Origin: Eledone cirrhosa
Taxonomy: Eukaryota
Assembly: GCA_964016885.1 (NCBI GenBank)
Contig: OZ024740.1
Location: 439,394,001-439,458,000, forward strand
Length of the DNA stretch: 64,000 bases
Direction: 5' to 3'
Positions 63,031 through 64,000 of the stretch are shown here, in pieces. A program made the position numbers and the translations under genes. Position 1 is the stretch's first letter, and each line of letters begins with the position of its first letter. Below the pieces are notes generated by a model. It did not search any database. It was given only the letters and a program-made list of their open reading frames with translations, and was not told the DNA's origin.

Positions 63031-64000
63031 ACTACATATGATATAGACAACAGATGATATAGACAACAGATGATATAGACAACAGATGATATAGACTACA
63101 GATGATATAGACAACAAGTGATATAGACATCACCTGATATAGATAATAGATGATATAGGCAACAGATGATATAGACAACATATGATATAGACAATAGATG
63201 ATATAGACTACAGATGATATAACAACAGATGATATAGACAACACATGATATAGGCAATAGATTATATAGACAACAGATGATATAGACAATAGTTGATATA
63301 TATAATAGATGATATAGACAACAGATGATATAGACAACAAATGATATAGACAACACCTGATATATACAACACATGATATAGGTTATACATGATATAGGCA
63401 ACAGATGATATAGACAACAGATGATGTAGACAATAGAAGATATAGACAACACCTGATATAGACAACACAGGATATAGATAATAGATGATATAGACAACAG
63501 ATGATATAGACAACAGATGATATAGACAACAAATGAATAGACAAAAAATGATATAGACAACAGGTGATATAGACAAAAGATGATAGAGACAACAGATGAT
63601 ATAGACGTCACCTGATATAGACAATACCTGATATAGACAACAGATGATATAGACAACACATGAGATAGACAACATATGATATAGACTACATATGATATAG
63701 ACAACAGATTATATATACAACAGATGATATAGGCAACACGTGATATAGATAATAGATGATATAGGCAACAGATGATATAGACAACAGATGATATAGACAA
63801 TAGATGATATAGACTACAGATGATATAACAACAGATGATATAGATAAAACATGATATAGACAAAAGATTATATAGACAACAGCTGATATAGACAACAGTT
63901 GATATATACAACAGATGATATAGACAACAGATGATATAGACAACAGATGATATAGACTACAGATGATATAGACAACAAATGATGTAGACAACACCTGATA

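Larger units (their letters stand above)
45069..64000. repeat. 16-bp tandem satellite array, right arm (same family and orientation)
   Basis: The same monomer and variant set resume at 45069 (tatagacaacacatgatata...) and run off the window end. Confidence 0.99.

Noticed and set aside
1-64000. Hundreds of long minus-strand ORFs encoding Cys/Ile/Tyr-rich 'membrane proteins'
   Set aside because: They are translations of the 16-bp satellite. All three frames give the same peptide, and frame-shifting 14- and 15-bp monomers are tolerated freely.
1-64000. Telomerase-made telomeric repeat
   Set aside because: There is no G-rich strand, and variants are inherited in kb-scale blocks, which indicates recombinational amplification rather than templated synthesis.

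Overview
Eukaryotic (probably animal) heterochromatin-type window. About 60 of the 64 kb is one tandem satellite array with a 16-bp monomer (consensus GATATAGACAACAGAT on +, roughly 3,700 copies). Its monomer variants recur in fixed orders and form nested higher-order repeats and block duplications, with periods of about 240, 255, 1192, 1260, 1403, 3395, 3968, 4111 and 5272/5336 bp. The array is interrupted once, at 40951-45068, by a 4.1-kb, 5'-truncated, minus-strand non-LTR retrotransposon of the L1/Tx1 group. The element has a probable ORF1 C-terminal fragment and a full-length ORF2 (APE endonuclease, RT, CCHC; 1145 codons, four in-frame stops, no frameshift). It also has a structured 3' UTR ending in AATAAA without a poly(A) tail, and a 20-bp target-site duplication supported by empty paralogous sites in the array. 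The hundreds of minus-strand 'YHLLSISSVVYIICCL' ORFs are a by-product of the satellite and are not genes. I cannot claim a clearly new biological system. The most unusual signals are in the LINE: consensus 5' splice-site (U1) motifs at both ORF stop codons, a duplicated stem-loop and competing hairpins in the 3' UTR, a tail-less 3' junction at TATA, and nonsense codons clustered in the endonuclease. Block-duplication boundaries are approximate, read by eye and from ORF-track offsets.
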